From NCBI GenBank assembly GCA_963727485.1, contig CAVSGM010000002.1, positions 832,001 through 896,000 of the forward strand: a DNA stretch of 64,000 nt. Reading direction: 5' to 3'. Below the pieces are notes generated by a model. It was not told the origin of the DNA. It saw only the letters and a program-made list of their open reading frames with translations, and searched no databases. The translations under genes and the position numbers were made by a program. This document shows, in pieces, positions 30,273 to 45,189 of this stretch. Position 1 is the first letter of the stretch, and each line of letters starts with the position of its first letter. The stretch is from an uncultured delta proteobacterium. Its GTDB lineage: Bacteria > Myxococcota > Myxococcia > SLRQ01.

Positions 30273-30641
30273 TCACGGGTGCACGAGGGTGCACTGGACG
30301 TCGTCGGCGCCGACCCGCGCGGCGAGGTGCTTGGGGCCGCCCTGCTTGCCGAAGACCGTCACCCTCACCGCCAGCGCCGGGTGCACCATCGCCAGCTCGG
30401 CCTTGCGCTCGCAGCTGCGCAGGAAGCAGAGGACCTGCATCAGGTCGGCGAAGCCCGCAGCGGTGAGGGTGACCACCTTGCCGTCCTCGCCGACGATGGT
30501 GAGCGCCGGCCGCGCCTTCCCCTGCTGGCGGAGCCTCACCTCGCTGGGCCGCGTGAGGGTGACCGAGCCCATGGCCGGGGGCGCCGCCGCGCTGGAGAGC
30601 AAGGCGAGGACGACGGTGAACGGTGCGACGAACCGGTACAT
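30273..30641 (-). CDS. Hypothetical secreted protein
   Basis: Signal-like MYRFVAPFTVVLALLSSAAA; GAGGGG RBS. Confidence 0.5.
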   Translation of the reverse strand: MYRFVAPFTVVLALLSSAAAPPAMGSVTLTRPSEVRLRQQGKARPALTIVGEDGKVVTLTAAGFADLMQVLCFLRSCERKAELAMVHPALAVRVTVFGKQGGPKHLAARVGADDVQCTLVHP

Positions 30642-30839
30642 GACGAACCCCCTCGTGGCATGGGATGGCTTCGAGGTGCGCGTGCATCCTAGCCACGGTG
30701 CGGCCCGGAGACCCGGCGCCCATTCACCGAGCCGCCCCTCGACGGGCCGTCTGAGCGCGACGGGCCGGCGCGCCCGAAGGCGTCGCCGGCCCGATCGCGG
30801 CACCGACCCCGAAGGCCGGCGCCACAGGTCACCCGGAGG

Positions 30840-32258
30840 CTACGCGTCGTAGTAGAGCGCGAACTCCATCGGGTGCGGCCGCAGGCGCACCGCGTCGATC
30901 TCCGCCTTGGTCTTGTACTCGATCCAGGTGGAGATCACGTCCTCGGTGAACACGTCGCCCTTGAGCAGGAACGCGTGGTCCTCCTTGAGCGCCGCCAGGG
31001 CGCCCTCGAGGCTCGCCGGGACGTGGGGCACGTTCTTGAGCTCCTCCGGCGTCATCCCGTAGATGTCCTTGTCCAGCGGATCGCCCGGGTCGACCTTGTT
31101 CTCGATCCCGTCGAGGCCGGCCATGAGGATGGCGGCGAAGGCGAGGTAGCCGTTGCACGAGGGGTCGGGGAAGCGCAGCTCCACCCGCTTGGCCTTCGGC
31201 GAGGGCGAGTACATGGGGATGCGCAGGGCCGCCGAGCGGTTCCGCGAGGAGTAGGCGAGGTTCACCGGCGCCTCGAACCCGGGGACCAGGCGCTTGTAGC
31301 TGTTGGTCGAGGGGTTGGTGAAGGCGGTGAGCGCCGAGGCGTGCTTGAGGATGCCGCCGATGAAGTGCAGCGCCATCTCCGAGAGCCCGGCGTAGCCCTC
31401 GCCGGCGAACAGCGGCTTGCCACCCTTCCACAGCGAGACGTGGACGTGCATCCCCGAGCCGTTGTCCCCGAACAGCGGCTTGGGCATGAAGGTGGCGGTC
31501 TTCCCGTGGCGCCGGGCGACGTTCTTCACCACGTACTTGAACCACTGGAGCTGGTCGCCCATGGCGGTCAGCGAGGCGAAGCGGAAGTCGATCTCCGCCT
31601 GGCCGCCGGTGGCCACCTCGTGGTGCTGGCGCTCCACCGAGAGGCCCACGTTCTCGAGCTCGATGCACATCTCGTTGCGCAGGTCGTTCATGGAGTCGGT
31701 GGGGGCGACCGGGAAGTAGCCCTCCTTGTGGCGCGGCTTGTAGCCGAGGTTCGGGCCCTCGTCCTTGCCGCTGTTCCACCGGCCCTCGCTGGAGTCGAGC
31801 TCGTAGAAGGCGAAGTTGGGGCCCAGGTCGAAGCGCACGTCGTCGAGGATGAAGAACTCGGCCTCGGGGCCGTAGTAGGCGGTGTCGGCGATGCCCGTGG
31901 ACTTCAGGTAGGTCTCCGCCTTCTTGGCCACGTTCCTGGGATCCCGGGTGTAGGGCTCCTTGGTGATGGGGTCGACGATGTCGCCGATGAGCGAGAGGGT
32001 CGGCTCGACCGAGAAGGGCTCCTGGATCGCCGTGGTGGGATCGGGCATGACCAGCATGTCGGAGGCGTGGATCGCCTGCCAGCCGCGGATGGAGGAGCCG
32101 TCGAAGCCGACGCCCTCCTCGAAGGTCTCCTCGGTGATCTCGTGGAGCGGCAGCACGAAGTGCTGCCAGATGCCGACGAAGTCGAGGAACTTGAGGTCGA
32201 CGAACTTGGCGTCGATGTCCTTGGCGAGCTTGAGGGCGTCTGCCGGGGTCTGGGCCAT
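30840..32258 (-). CDS. glnA: Glutamine synthetase type I
   Basis: [60 protein letters not shown]. Confidence 0.98.
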   Translation of the reverse strand: MAQTPADALKLAKDIDAKFVDLKFLDFVGIWQHFVLPLHEITEETFEEGVGFDGSSIRGWQAIHASDMLVMPDPTTAIQEPFSVEPTLSLIGDIVDPITKEPYTRDPRNVAKKAETYLKSTGIADTAYYGPEAEFFILDDVRFDLGPNFAFYELDSSEGRWNSGKDEGPNLGYKPRHKEGYFPVAPTDSMNDLRNEMCIELENVGLSVERQHHEVATGGQAEIDFRFASLTAMGDQLQWFKYVVKNVARRHGKTATFMPKPLFGDNGSGMHVHVSLWKGGKPLFAGEGYAGLSEMALHFIGGILKHASALTAFTNPSTNSYKRLVPGFEAPVNLAYSSRNRSAALRIPMYSPSPKAKRVELRFPDPSCNGYLAFAAILMAGLDGIENKVDPGDPLDKDIYGMTPEELKNVPHVPASLEGALAALKEDHAFLLKGDVFTEDVISTWIEYKTKAEIDAVRLRPHPMEFALYYDA

Positions 32259-32316
32259 TGGGGTCTCCGTGACGGGTTCGGCCGCGGTGGCGGCCATGCG
32301 GTTCGCGCGACGTTGT

Positions 32317-32332
32317 AGCAGGGGCCATGCCA
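32317..32332 (-). promoter_or_regulatory. Sigma54 (-24/-12) promoter of glnA
   Basis: TGGCATGGCCCCTGCT with GG-N10-GC spacing. Confidence 0.7.
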
Positions 32333-32509
32333 GCGGTCTTCCCCGCGTGGGAGCCGGGCACCGGCGGTGGTCGCCCCCCTGGCGGCCGCCTTCTGCCTAC
32401 GCGGCGAGCATGGGATCTGCACAGGCCGCAGGCAATGCCTGGAAACCGGGCACTCCCCCGGGCGCCTCGGGCGCACGGACCTCGGGCCTCGTCGAGCGCC
32501 GGCGGCCCG

Positions 32510-35882
<3,373 letters not shown>

Positions 35883-36008
35883 GCTCCGGAGGCCCGCCGG
35901 CCGGCCCGCGCCTGGGATCTCCACGGGATCCTCGGAAACCTAGGGATCCGGGGCCCCCGCCGCGGGCAGGATCCCTGGCGTTCCGGGCACTTGCCCGGTA
36001 GAGGGGGG

Positions 36009-36024
36009 TGGCACCGCCGTTGCA
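36009..36024 (+). promoter_or_regulatory. Sigma54 promoter
   Basis: TGGCAC-CGCCG-TTGCA, perfect consensus. Confidence 0.85.
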
Positions 36025-36042
36025 GATCCACCCCCCGGAGCC

Positions 36043-37192
36043 ATGCGCGTCGTCCTCCCCATCGTCCTCGCCGCCGTCGTCCTCGCCGCCCCCGCGGCCC
36101 GGGCCGAGGGCGCCCCCGACCTCGCCGCAGGCCGGGCGCGGGCGGCCCGCCTCGCCGGCGAGCGGACCCGGGTCGAGGGCGAGCGGGCCCGGCTCCAGGC
36201 GCGCCTCGACACCCTCGCCGCCGAGATCGCCCGGCTCAAGGCCCACCACGACGCCGCGGCGCCCCTGTTCACCGACCCCGAGCTCGACCGGCGCCTCAAG
36301 GCCGCCCAGGCCCTCTCGGCGAAGGTCGACGCCCTCACCTCGCAGGCGGCGGGCCTCTCGGCGAGGCTCCGGGCCGCCGACCAGGCGCTCCTCGCCGCCT
36401 ACGACGCCGCCCTCGACCGGGCCCGGGCCGGCCTCGCCCACGCGGGGCGCGACGACCGGGACGCCGCCCAGGCCACCGTGGCCCGCCTCGAGGCCGGGCG
36501 CCGGGCCGCCGCCGCCGACCTCGCCCGCCTCGCGCCCCCCGACGACGCCACCCGCGTCCCCGCGGTGAACCCCGCCTCCGACGACCCCCAGGCCCTCGAG
36601 GCCCAGGCCGACCTCCTCCGGGACACCCGGGACCGCCTCGCCCGGCGCCTCGCCGGCCTCGAGGACCGGGCACGGCGCCTGAAGCGCCAGCGGGACCTCG
36701 CCGGGCAGATGAACGGCTTCCTCTCCGAGACCCGCCTCTTCGACGAGCAGGACCGCACCGCCAGCCGCATGACCACCGACACCGTCGGCGCCAGCGGAAG
36801 TGGCGGCGGGGGCGCCCAGACCGCCGCCGGCGGCGCCAACCCCGGGGCCACCAGCGGCGGCGCCCCGGCCCCGGCGCCCGGGCGGCACCGGCAGCGGCAG
36901 CGGGGGCGGCGGGAGCACCGGCAGCGGCACCGGCGGCGGCGGGATGAACGGGCCCACGGGACCGACCACGCCCGGCACCGGCACCGGCGGCGGGACCGAC
37001 GCCCCCCAGCCGGTGCGCCAGCTCACCCGCGCCGACGCCAGCGCCACCCCCGACACCCTCGGCCGCCTCGGCGACGACGCCTCCCTCGACGACGTGCAGG
37101 CCCAGGCGAAGCGCCTCGAGGCCCTGATCCACCGCCTCGACGGCAAGGCCAGGGCCCTCGACCGGAAGGCCCGGGCCCTCGAGCACCGGTGA
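36043..37192 (+). CDS. Secreted coiled-coil protein with Gly/Thr-rich linker (frameshift ~36885)
   Basis: Signal peptide ending ARA-E; heptad Ala/Leu/Arg helices; tail in ORF 36800..37192. Confidence 0.65.
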
Positions 37193-37205
37193 CCGCCCCG
37201 GCCTG

Positions 37206-37742
37206 TTAGAGGTGGGGGATCACGTGGAAGACCACCGTCGCCTGGATGGTGGTGTCCTGGTCCGGCCGCTTGTTGGCGTTGGCCTTGGTGGTGATCGAGA
37301 AGTTCGGCGCGGTGGCGTAGGGCTTGAGCTCCACGCCGTCGAGGTTCAGGTCGACCTGGGTGGCGCCCTGGAAGGCCCCCGGGGCGCTCTCGGCGATGCG
37401 CTTGGTGGGCTGCCCGTCGGCGCTCACGTCGAACTCGATGGAGTTGAGGAAGGAGAAGTCCTGCCCCGAGGGCGGATTGGTGATCTCCAGGGTCAGGCGC
37501 TTGAGCTTGATGGAGTCGACCTGGCTCGGCTTGACGTCGTGGTTCTGGAACGACTGGGTCTGCGACAGGTCGATGCCGCCGAAGGCCCCGAAGTCCAGGG
37601 GCAGGGCCTGCTCGAGGAGGGTGCCCTTCTGGACGGTGGTCTTGCCGGTGACCGTGGCGTCGAAGGCGGCGATGGCGCCGCAGCCGGTCCCCGCGAGAGC
37701 GAGGAGCAGGGCGAGGGAGACGAGTCGGTGGGGGTGCTGCAT
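37206..37742 (-). CDS. Lipoprotein, unknown function
   Basis: LLLALAGTG-C lipobox; beta-rich. Confidence 0.7.
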   Translation of the reverse strand: MQHPHRLVSLALLLALAGTGCGAIAAFDATVTGKTTVQKGTLLEQALPLDFGAFGGIDLSQTQSFQNHDVKPSQVDSIKLKRLTLEITNPPSGQDFSFLNSIEFDVSADGQPTKRIAESAPGAFQGATQVDLNLDGVELKPYATAPNFSITTKANANKRPDQDTTIQATVVFHVIPHL

Positions 37743-37821
37743 GGCCCGGAGCCTACCGCGATCCGGGAGGTCGGCGCATCGGTCTACCGGCCCGGCGGGG
37801 GCCGTGCGATGCTCGGGGACG

Positions 37822-38970
37822 ATGACGGCCCCCCGCGCCGCGCTCTGCGCCCTGGCCTTCCTCGCCGCGAGGCCCGCCCTCGCCGGCACCGTCAAGCACC
37901 GGGAGACGGTGAGCCTGGAGTCCGCCTACGACTCCAACGCCCGGCGGGTGGAGAACGGGCCGCTGGTGCACCCCGACGTCCTCGCCTACCTCTTCGCCAC
38001 CGGGCACCTCGCCTGGCGCGGCGGGCCCACCGCCTGGTCCCTGGACCTCAAGGCCGGCGGCAAGCACTTCGCCCAGGTCCACGCCGAGGACGTGGCGGTC
38101 GGGCGCCTGGGCCTCTCGGTCTCCCACGCCCTGGGGCGGTGGGGGATCCTCGGCGTCGACGCCAGCTACAAGGACGCCTTCCAGCAGGGCGATCCCCTGG
38201 CGCGCCTCTCCCCGGGCTCGCCCCTGTGGTGCAGCGCCCCCGAGGACCAGGCCTCCGGCGGCTACCGCTGCAACCGCCGGGACCTGCGCGACGGCGCGCT
38301 CACCGGCCGCCTCGACCTGCGCCTCGGCGGGCGCCTCTCGCTGGGCCTGGACGCCGGCCTCACCGGCTTCGAGTACAAGCCCAACCCCATCTTCAGCTAC
38401 CTCGGCCCCCAGGGCTCGGTCGCCCTGCGGTGGCGCGTGGCCCGGGGGCACCTCGTCACCCTCACCGGCGCCGCGGCCCTGCGCGCCTACGACCCCAGGT
38501 CCACCAGCTACGCCACCCGGGTCGTCGGCGGGGTGCCGGAGCTGGTGCCCACCGGCCGCTCCCGGGTGGAGCAGGTCTACACCGGGGGCCTCGCCTGGTC
38601 CTACCGGGGGCCGCTGCTGCTCACCCTGGGGCTCACGGTGGCCCGGAGCGTGAACAACGGCGAGGGCATGGACGTGTGGCGCGGGCGCCTGGCGCTCGCC
38701 GCCGCGGCGTTCCTCGGGCCCCGGACCACGGTGGTGGTCTCGGCGGCGTTCCAGGCGGCCCTGTGGCCCTCGGGCGACGTCTACCGGAACCTCACCCCCA
38801 TCGGCGACCAGAGCGAGCAGGAGAACAGCCTGGGGCTGAAGCTCGCCGAGCGCCTCACCGCCCACCTCCAGGTGGTGGTCAAGCTCCAGGCCTACGCCAA
38901 CGAGTTCTCCGCCCAGGCCCTGCCCTTCAGCCGGCAGGTGTTCCAGACCGGCGTCGAGCTCGACCTCTAG
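37822..38970 (+). CDS. Putative outer-membrane beta-barrel protein
   Basis: Signal peptide, YDSN motif, alternating amphipathic strands, C-terminal TGVELDL. Confidence 0.6.
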   Translation: MTAPRAALCALAFLAARPALAGTVKHRETVSLESAYDSNARRVENGPLVHPDVLAYLFATGHLAWRGGPTAWSLDLKAGGKHFAQVHAEDVAVGRLGLSVSHALGRWGILGVDASYKDAFQQGDPLARLSPGSPLWCSAPEDQASGGYRCNRRDLRDGALTGRLDLRLGGRLSLGLDAGLTGFEYKPNPIFSYLGPQGSVALRWRVARGHLVTLTGAAALRAYDPRSTSYATRVVGGVPELVPTGRSRVEQVYTGGLAWSYRGPLLLTLGLTVARSVNNGEGMDVWRGRLALAAAAFLGPRTTVVVSAAFQAALWPSGDVYRNLTPIGDQSEQENSLGLKLAERLTAHLQVVVKLQAYANEFSAQALPFSRQVFQTGVELDL

Positions 38971-39548
38971 CCGGCGCCGAAGTGCTCCACCTCGAAGGCC
39001 TCGAGGTGGGCGTCGTCGCGGCGCCAGCTCCCCGGCGCGACCCCGGCCTTGCGGCAGAGGGCGTCGAGGAAGGCCTCGGCGCCGAAGCCGTGCTCGGTGG
39101 CCACCTGCGGGAGGAGGAAGCCCCGGCGGCCGGCCACCGAGAGGAGGATCCCGTCCCGGCCGAGGACCAGGTCGCCCGGGCCCGCGAGGGGCCGGCGGCG
39201 GAAGAGCAGCGAGATCTCCACCTCGAGCTCGTCGAGCTCGTGGGCCTCGAAGGGGTGGAAGCGCGGGTCGGCGAAGGCCGAGAGGCGCGCGAGCTCGGGG
39301 ACGCTCTGGTAGAGGGGCGCGTCGGTCTCCAGGACGCCCCGGCAGCCCCGGAGGACCTCGCCCCGGCGCACGGTGACGAAGACCCCGAAGGTGGCGTCGA
39401 GGCCGTCGCCGGCGCCCGGGAGACGCGGGTCGGCGTCGCCGAGCTCGGCGGCGATGGCGGCCCGCGCCGCGGCGACGAGGCGCCGGCGGGCCTTTGCGTC
39501 GAGGGCGGCGGGGGCGGCGTGGCCCGGGGGATCGGCGAGGGGGGTCAC
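38967..39548 (-). CDS. AMMECR1-domain protein (AmmeMemoRadiSam protein A)
   Basis: GVFVTV..LRGCRG, AFADPRF, GRDGI, LLPQVA, LCRKAG. Confidence 0.88.
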   Translation of the reverse strand: MTPLADPPGHAAPAALDAKARRRLVAAARAAIAAELGDADPRLPGAGDGLDATFGVFVTVRRGEVLRGCRGVLETDAPLYQSVPELARLSAFADPRFHPFEAHELDELEVEISLLFRRRPLAGPGDLVLGRDGILLSVAGRRGFLLPQVATEHGFGAEAFLDALCRKAGVAPGSWRRDDAHLEAFEVEHFGAG

Positions 39549-39609
39549 GGGGCGATCATGGCGCCGCCGGGGTGGCCTGTCACCTCGGGGGCGCGCTATC
39601 CCTTCCCCC

Positions 39610-40434
39610 GTGGCCCGGATCACCCTCCTCGACGGCCCCCTCGGGACCGAGCTCGCCGCCCGGGGCGTCGCCACCCCGCCGCCCCTGTGGAGCGCCGCCG
39701 CCCTCGAGACCCACCCGGAGGTGATCTCGGCAATCCACCGGGACTACGCCGCCGCCGGCGCCCAGGTCCACGTGGCCGGCACCTTCCGCACCCAGCGGCG
39801 CCACGCCGGCCCCCGGTGGCGCGCCCTCGCCGAGCGGGCGGTGGCCCTCTGCCGGCAGGCGGTGGGCCCGGATCGCCGGGTCGCCGGGAGCCTCGCGCCC
39901 CTGGAGGACTGCTACCGCCCGGATCGCTCGCCCCCCAATCCCGGCCCCGAGCACGCCGAGCTGGCCCAGGCCCTCGCCGCCGCCGGCGTCGACCTCCTCC
40001 TCTGCGAGACCTTCCCCCACCGGGGCGAGGCGGTGGCGGCGGTGCGGGCGGCGGTGGCCACGGGCCTGCCCACCTGGGTCGCCTTCACCGCCGGCCCCGG
40101 CGCCAATCTCCTCACCCCCGGGGCCCTGGCCGAGGGGGCGCGCCGGGCCGTCGACGCCGGCGCCGCGGCGGTCCTGGTCAACTGCACCCCGGCGACGGGC
40201 ACCCTGCCCTTCGTCGAGGCCCTCGCCGCCGCCGGGCTCGGGGTGCCCCTGGGCGCCTACGCCAACGCCGGCGCCCCCGAGGCGGGCCTCGGCTGGGGCG
40301 CGGGGGGCGACGCGGCAGCTCGCTACGCCAATCTCGCCGACACCTGGATCGCCGCCGGGGCGACCCTCGTGGGCAGCTGCTGCGGGACCTCCCCGGCGCA
40401 CATCGCCGAGCTCGCGCGCCGCCACCCCGGTTGA
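39610..40434 (+). CDS. Homocysteine S-methyltransferase family protein
   Basis: LLDGPLGTEL, HRDYAAAGA, VNC, YANAG, VGSCCGTSPAHI. Confidence 0.88.
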   Translation: MARITLLDGPLGTELAARGVATPPPLWSAAALETHPEVISAIHRDYAAAGAQVHVAGTFRTQRRHAGPRWRALAERAVALCRQAVGPDRRVAGSLAPLEDCYRPDRSPPNPGPEHAELAQALAAAGVDLLLCETFPHRGEAVAAVRAAVATGLPTWVAFTAGPGANLLTPGALAEGARRAVDAGAAAVLVNCTPATGTLPFVEALAAAGLGVPLGAYANAGAPEAGLGWGAGGDAAARYANLADTWIAAGATLVGSCCGTSPAHIAELARRHPG

Positions 40435-40512
40435 CCTCGGGGCGCCGCCGGACCTATCAACGAGACCTCGGCCGCCGCCCCCGGCGGCCCCACGCGCAAT
40501 GGAGGGGAGACC

Positions 40513-41473
40513 ATGAAGCGTTCCGTCCTGTGCTGTGCCGCCTTCGCCCTGGCGCTCGCCGGCTGCGTCTCGTCGGGGAAGTACGACGCCCTGCAGAAGC
40601 ACCTCGACGACACCACCCACGCGATGCAGGGGCAGATCGACCAGCGTGACGCCGAGATCGCGAAGCTCAAGAAGGCGCTGGCCACCTCCGAGGCGCAGGT
40701 CAAGGACCTCGACGGGCGCATCGCCGACCTCAAGCAGAAGATGGACGACCAGGTCGCCTCCCTCAACGCCGACAAGCAGGGGCTCCAGAACCAGCTCGCG
40801 TCCATGGTCAAGGATCGCTCGCGGCTCAAGGCCTCGGTGAAGGACATGCAGCAGGCCCTCTCCGAGCTCGAGGCGCGCAAGCGCCAGGCCGACGCCCGGG
40901 TCGCCGAGTTCCGCAACCTCATCGAGCGGTTCAAGCCGCTGATCGACACCGGCAAGCTCCAGGTGAAGATCGTCGACGGGCGGATGGTGGTGCAGCTGGC
41001 CACCGACGTCCTCTTCGCCTCCGGGTCGGCGCGGCTGTCCCAGGACGGCAAGCAGGCGATCACCGAGGTGGCCCAGGTCCTCGCCTCCGTCGGCGACAAG
41101 AAGTTCCAGGTCGAGGGGCACACCGACAACGTGCCCATCCACACCGCCGCCTACCCCTCCAACTGGGAGCTGGCCGCGGCCCGGGCGATCACCGTGGTCA
41201 AGACCATGGTCGGCGCCGGGATGCCCGCCGAGCGCCTCTCGGCGGCGAGCTTCGCCCAGTACGAGCCGGCCCAGGCCAACGACACCCCCGAGGGCCGGGC
41301 GGCGAACCGGCGCATCGAGAATCGTGCTCCTCCCGGACCTCTCCAGCCTCCCGGGGTTCGATCAGCTCAAGGCCATCGGCGAGGGGAAGGCCCAGGCGAC
41401 ACCGGCGGCCGGGTCTGGGGGGAAGCCGGCTTCGGGCCAGGAGACGACGCCGGCGATCCCCGGGTCGCGCTGA
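40513..41473 (+). CDS. OmpA/MotB-family lipoprotein with coiled coil (frameshift ~41320)
   Basis: LAG-CVS lipobox; VLFASGSA, VEGHTDN, NWELAAARA, NRRIE. Confidence 0.88.
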
Positions 41474-41492
41474 GGCGCGGGCGGGGCGGAGG

Positions 41493-42435
41493 TCAGCGGC
41501 GGCGCTTCTTGGGGGGCGGGTTCTTCTTGGCGGCCTTCTTGGCCGCGGCGCTTCTTGGCCGCGGGCTTCTTGGCCGCGGGCTTCTTGGCGGTCTTCTTTG
41601 CCGGCTTCCGCGCGGTCTTCTTGGCGGCGGACTTCTTGGCCGGCTTCCGTGTGGTCTTTTGGGCCGTGGGCTTCTTGGCGGTCTTCTTGGCTGGCTTCCG
41701 CGCGGTCTTCTTGGCGGCGGACTTCTTGGCGGGCTTCCGTGTGGTCTTTTTGGCCGTGGGCTTCTTGGCGGTCTTCTTGGCTGGCTTCCGCGCGGTCTTC
41801 TTGGCGGCGGACTTCTTGGCGGGCTTGCGTGTGGTCTTTTTGGCCGCGGGCTTCTTGGCGGTCTTCTTGGCTGGCTTCCGCGCGGTCTTCTTGGCCGCCG
41901 GCTTCTTGGCCGCCGGCTTCTTCTTGGCCGTCCGGCTGGCCGGCCGGCGGGTGGGCCGCTCGCTCACCGTGGGCCGGCGGCGCCGGCGCCGCGGCGCCTT
42001 GACCGTGGCCTGGGCCGCCGCCGCGCCCTCCCGGGGGGTGGCGGCCGAGAAGTAGGCGATCATGGGATTGAGGTAATAGTCGTGCCACCCGGAGGCGTAG
42101 CGCCGCCCCTGACCCTTGGGGATGTCCGAGTGGGTGATGGCCAGCCGCGTCCCCCCCTCGACGGCCTCGAGGGTGATCTCCACCCGGGAGTCCGGCGCCT
42201 CCGGAGGGAAGTCGGCGGTTCGCCAGCTCTGGAGGATCCGCCGGCTCGGGTCGACGTCGAGGGTCGTCCCGCTGATGTACCCGTCCCAGGCGGTGAACCG
42301 CCCCCCGGGCCACGGTTCGATCGACGCCGCGCCGCCGGTCATGGCCGCGTGCTCGAGACCGTTCAGATACGCTTGGTAGATCCGGTAGGGATCGGCGGGA
42401 ATGACCGCCGAGACCTCGATGGACTCGTTTTCCAT
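41493..42435 (-). CDS. SRPBCC/AHSA1 domain fused to histone-H1-like Lys/Ala repeat tail (frameshift ~41545)
   Basis: GGRFTAWDGYISG, RILQSWRT, GWHDYY, then (KKTARKPAKKTAKKPxAxKTTRKPAKKSAA)n. Confidence 0.8.
41581..41895. repeat. 90-bp coding tandem repeat (~3.5 units)
   Basis: CGCGGTCTTCTTGGC recurs at 41611, 41701, 41791, 41881. Confidence 0.9.
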
Positions 42436-42644
42436 CTGGGCACCCTCCTACCGAATCTTGCGGGCCGGATCGCGCTCTCGTCAAGAATTGGGCGGTTTTC
42501 CGGCGCACCTGGGCCGTTCTGGCGCGCCCCACCTGCACCACAATGGACCACCGCGCGGGCGGGCCATCGTAATTCCGGGCAGTTGGACGCCGGCACCGGG
42601 CCTGCAGTCCCTGGGACCCGAACCCCAAGCCAAGGAGCCCGACC

Positions 42645-43574
42645 ATGGCCACCCCGGAAGCCCACCGATCCGCCGCCCCCCCGAATCCTGCCGCCGCCGG
42701 CCCGGACGCGGGCAACCGCGCCCCCCTGGAGGTCGTGTTCTGGGGGGTGCGCGGCTCCATCGCCTCGGCGAGCCCCCGGACCATCCGCTTCGGTGGCAAC
42801 ACCACCTGCCTCGAGGTCCGCGCCGGTGACACCCGGGTGATCCTCGACGCGGGCACCGGCATCCGGCCGCTGGGCGATCGCCTCCTCGCCGAGGCCGCCG
42901 CCACCGGTCGCGCCCCGGAGGCGACGCTCCTGTTCACCCACCTCCACTGGGACCACATCCAGGGCTTCCCCTTCTTCGCCCCGGCCTTCGTCCCCGGCGC
43001 CCACCTCGCCCTCTACGGCCCCGCCGGCGAGGGCGGCGTCTTCGCCCTCGAGGCGGCGCTGGCCCGGCAGATGTCCCCGCCGACCTTCCCGGTGACCCTC
43101 GAGGCCATGCGCGCCACCAAGGGCTTCCACCCGCTCACCGACGGGAGCCGCTTCACCCTGGGGCCGCTCTCGGTCGAGGCCGGCGCCCTGCCCCACCCCA
43201 ACGGGTGCCTCGGCTACCGCCTCGAGGCCGGGGGCCGGAGCCTGTGCTTCGCCACCGACGTGGAGCTCCCCGGCGGCGACGCGGTCCCGGCGGGCCTGGC
43301 GCGCCTCGCCCGGGACGTGGACCTGCTCATCCTCGACGCCCAGTACACCCCCGACGAGTACGAGGGGCGCGCCGGGGTCCCCAAGCGCGGCTGGGGCCAC
43401 TCCACCTGGGCCGCCGCCACCGAGGTGGCCCGGGCGGTGGGCGCCCGGCGCCTCGCCCTCTTCCACCACGACCCCGCCCGGGACGACGCCGGCCTCGAGG
43501 GCATCGAGATCGCCGCCCAGGCGCGCCTCCCCGGCACCTTCGCCGCCCGCGAGGGCCAGCAGGTGGCGGTGTGA
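42645..43574 (+). CDS. MBL-fold metallo-hydrolase
   Basis: [38 protein letters not shown]. Confidence 0.9.
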   Translation: MATPEAHRSAAPPNPAAAGPDAGNRAPLEVVFWGVRGSIASASPRTIRFGGNTTCLEVRAGDTRVILDAGTGIRPLGDRLLAEAAATGRAPEATLLFTHLHWDHIQGFPFFAPAFVPGAHLALYGPAGEGGVFALEAALARQMSPPTFPVTLEAMRATKGFHPLTDGSRFTLGPLSVEAGALPHPNGCLGYRLEAGGRSLCFATDVELPGGDAVPAGLARLARDVDLLILDAQYTPDEYEGRAGVPKRGWGHSTWAAATEVARAVGARRLALFHHDPARDDAGLEGIEIAAQARLPGTFAAREGQQVAV

Positions 43575-43623
43575 CCGGCGTCGCGGCCAGCCCCCCGGAT
43601 CCGGGTTTAGAATCGCCTCCTGG

Positions 43624-45189
43624 ATGGCGACCGGTCCCGAGTCGGGCGAGGCGTTCCTCGCGGTGGGTGCCCTCCTCGATCGGGAGGTGGCCCTCGACGA
43701 GCTGCTGCGCACCCTGGTCCGGCGCATCGCCGCCGCCCTCGAGGCCGACCGCGGGACCCTCTACCTGGTGGACCGGGCCCGGGAGGAGCTGTTCACCCGC
43801 GCCGCCGATCTCCCCGAGCTCCCGGAGATCCGCCTCGCCCTCGGCCAGGGCGTCGCCGGCCTGGTCGCCGCCACCGGCCAGACGGTGAACGTGGCCCGGA
43901 GCGGCGAGGACCGGCGCTTCTTCGAGGGCATCGACGCCCGCACCGGCTACCGCACCGAGTCGATCCTCGCGGTGCCGCTCCGGGACGCCGCCGGCGCGGT
44001 GTTCGGGGTGGTGCAGCTGCTCAACCGGGCCGGGGGCCCCTTCACCCGCGCCGACGAGGTGCGCCTCGGGGCGCTGGCCGCCGAGGCCGCCGCCGCCCTC
44101 GAGACCACCACCCTCTACCGGAGCCTCTGCCGGGGACCGGGCGAGGGCACCGAGGCCCTGGCGCTGGCCGGGCGCTTCAACCGCATCCTCGGCGAGTCGG
44201 CGCCGATGCGCGCCGCCTACCACCTCACCACCCGCGCCGCCGCCTCCGAGGCCACCGTCCTCCTCCTCGGCGAGAGCGGCACCGGCAAGGAGCTCTTCGC
44301 CCGGGCGGTCCACGTGAACTCCAGGCGCCGGGACGGGCCCTTCGTGAAGGTCGACTGCGCCGCCCTCCCGCCGACCCTGGTGGAGAACGAGCTCTTCGGC
44401 CACGAGCGCGGGGCCTTCACCGGGGCCGATCGGCGCACCGAGGGGCGCATCGAGCGCGCCGCCTCGGGGACCCTCTTCCTCGACGAGATCGGCGAGCTCC
44501 CCGCCGCCGCCCAGGGCAAGCTCCTCCGGGTGCTCCAGGACCGGGAGTTCGAGCGGGTCGGGGGCACCGCCCCGGTGCGCGCCGAGGTCCGGGTGGTCGC
44601 CGCCACCCACCGGGACCTGGCGGCGATGGTCGAGGCGGGGACCTTCCGCGCCGACCTCTACTACCGCCTCCACGTGGTGGAGATCCGCCTGCCGCCGCTC
44701 CGGGACCGGGGGACCGAGGACCTGCTGCGCCTGGCGCGGCACTTCGTGGCCCAGGCGGCCCGGCGCCACGGGCGGCCGGTGCCCGGGATCGCCCGGTCGG
44801 CGATGGCGCGGCTGGCCGCCTACCCCTGGCCCGGGAACGTCCGCGAGCTGGAGAACTGCCTGGAGAGCGCGGTGGTCATCGCCGAGGGACCGGACCTCGG
44901 GCCCGGCGACCTCCCGCTGCCGACGCGCCTCCCCGGGGCGCCCGCCGCCGCCGGGGATCCGGGCGCCACCGCCGCTTGGGGCACCACCGGCGCCGCCCCC
45001 TCGGCGGCCCCGTCCTCGCCGGCCGACGTCCTCGCCGCCGGCGCCGCCGAGGGGCTCACCCTCGCCGAGATGGAGCGCCGCTACCTCGACGCGGTCCTCG
45101 CCCACACCGGGGGCAACAAGAGCGAGGCGGCGCGGCGCCTGGGCATCGGCCGCAACACCCTCGCCCGCAAGCTGCGCAGAGGCTCCTAG
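43624..45189 (+). CDS. GAF-domain sigma54-dependent transcriptional activator
   Basis: GAF ([17 protein letters not shown]), [28 protein letters not shown]. Confidence 0.92.
   Translation: MATGPESGEAFLAVGALLDREVALDELLRTLVRRIAAALEADRGTLYLVDRAREELFTRAADLPELPEIRLALGQGVAGLVAATGQTVNVARSGEDRRFFEGIDARTGYRTESILAVPLRDAAGAVFGVVQLLNRAGGPFTRADEVRLGALAAEAAAALETTTLYRSLCRGPGEGTEALALAGRFNRILGESAPMRAAYHLTTRAAASEATVLLLGESGTGKELFARAVHVNSRRRDGPFVKVDCAALPPTLVENELFGHERGAFTGADRRTEGRIERAASGTLFLDEIGELPAAAQGKLLRVLQDREFERVGGTAPVRAEVRVVAATHRDLAAMVEAGTFRADLYYRLHVVEIRLPPLRDRGTEDLLRLARHFVAQAARRHGRPVPGIARSAMARLAAYPWPGNVRELENCLESAVVIAEGPDLGPGDLPLPTRLPGAPAAAGDPGATAAWGTTGAAPSAAPSSPADVLAAGAAEGLTLAEMERRYLDAVLAHTGGNKSEAARRLGIGRNTLARKLRRGS

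Noticed and set aside
41581..41895. CRISPR-like periodic repeat
   Set aside because: Units are contiguous with no unique spacers, they are in-frame coding repeats, and there are no cas genes
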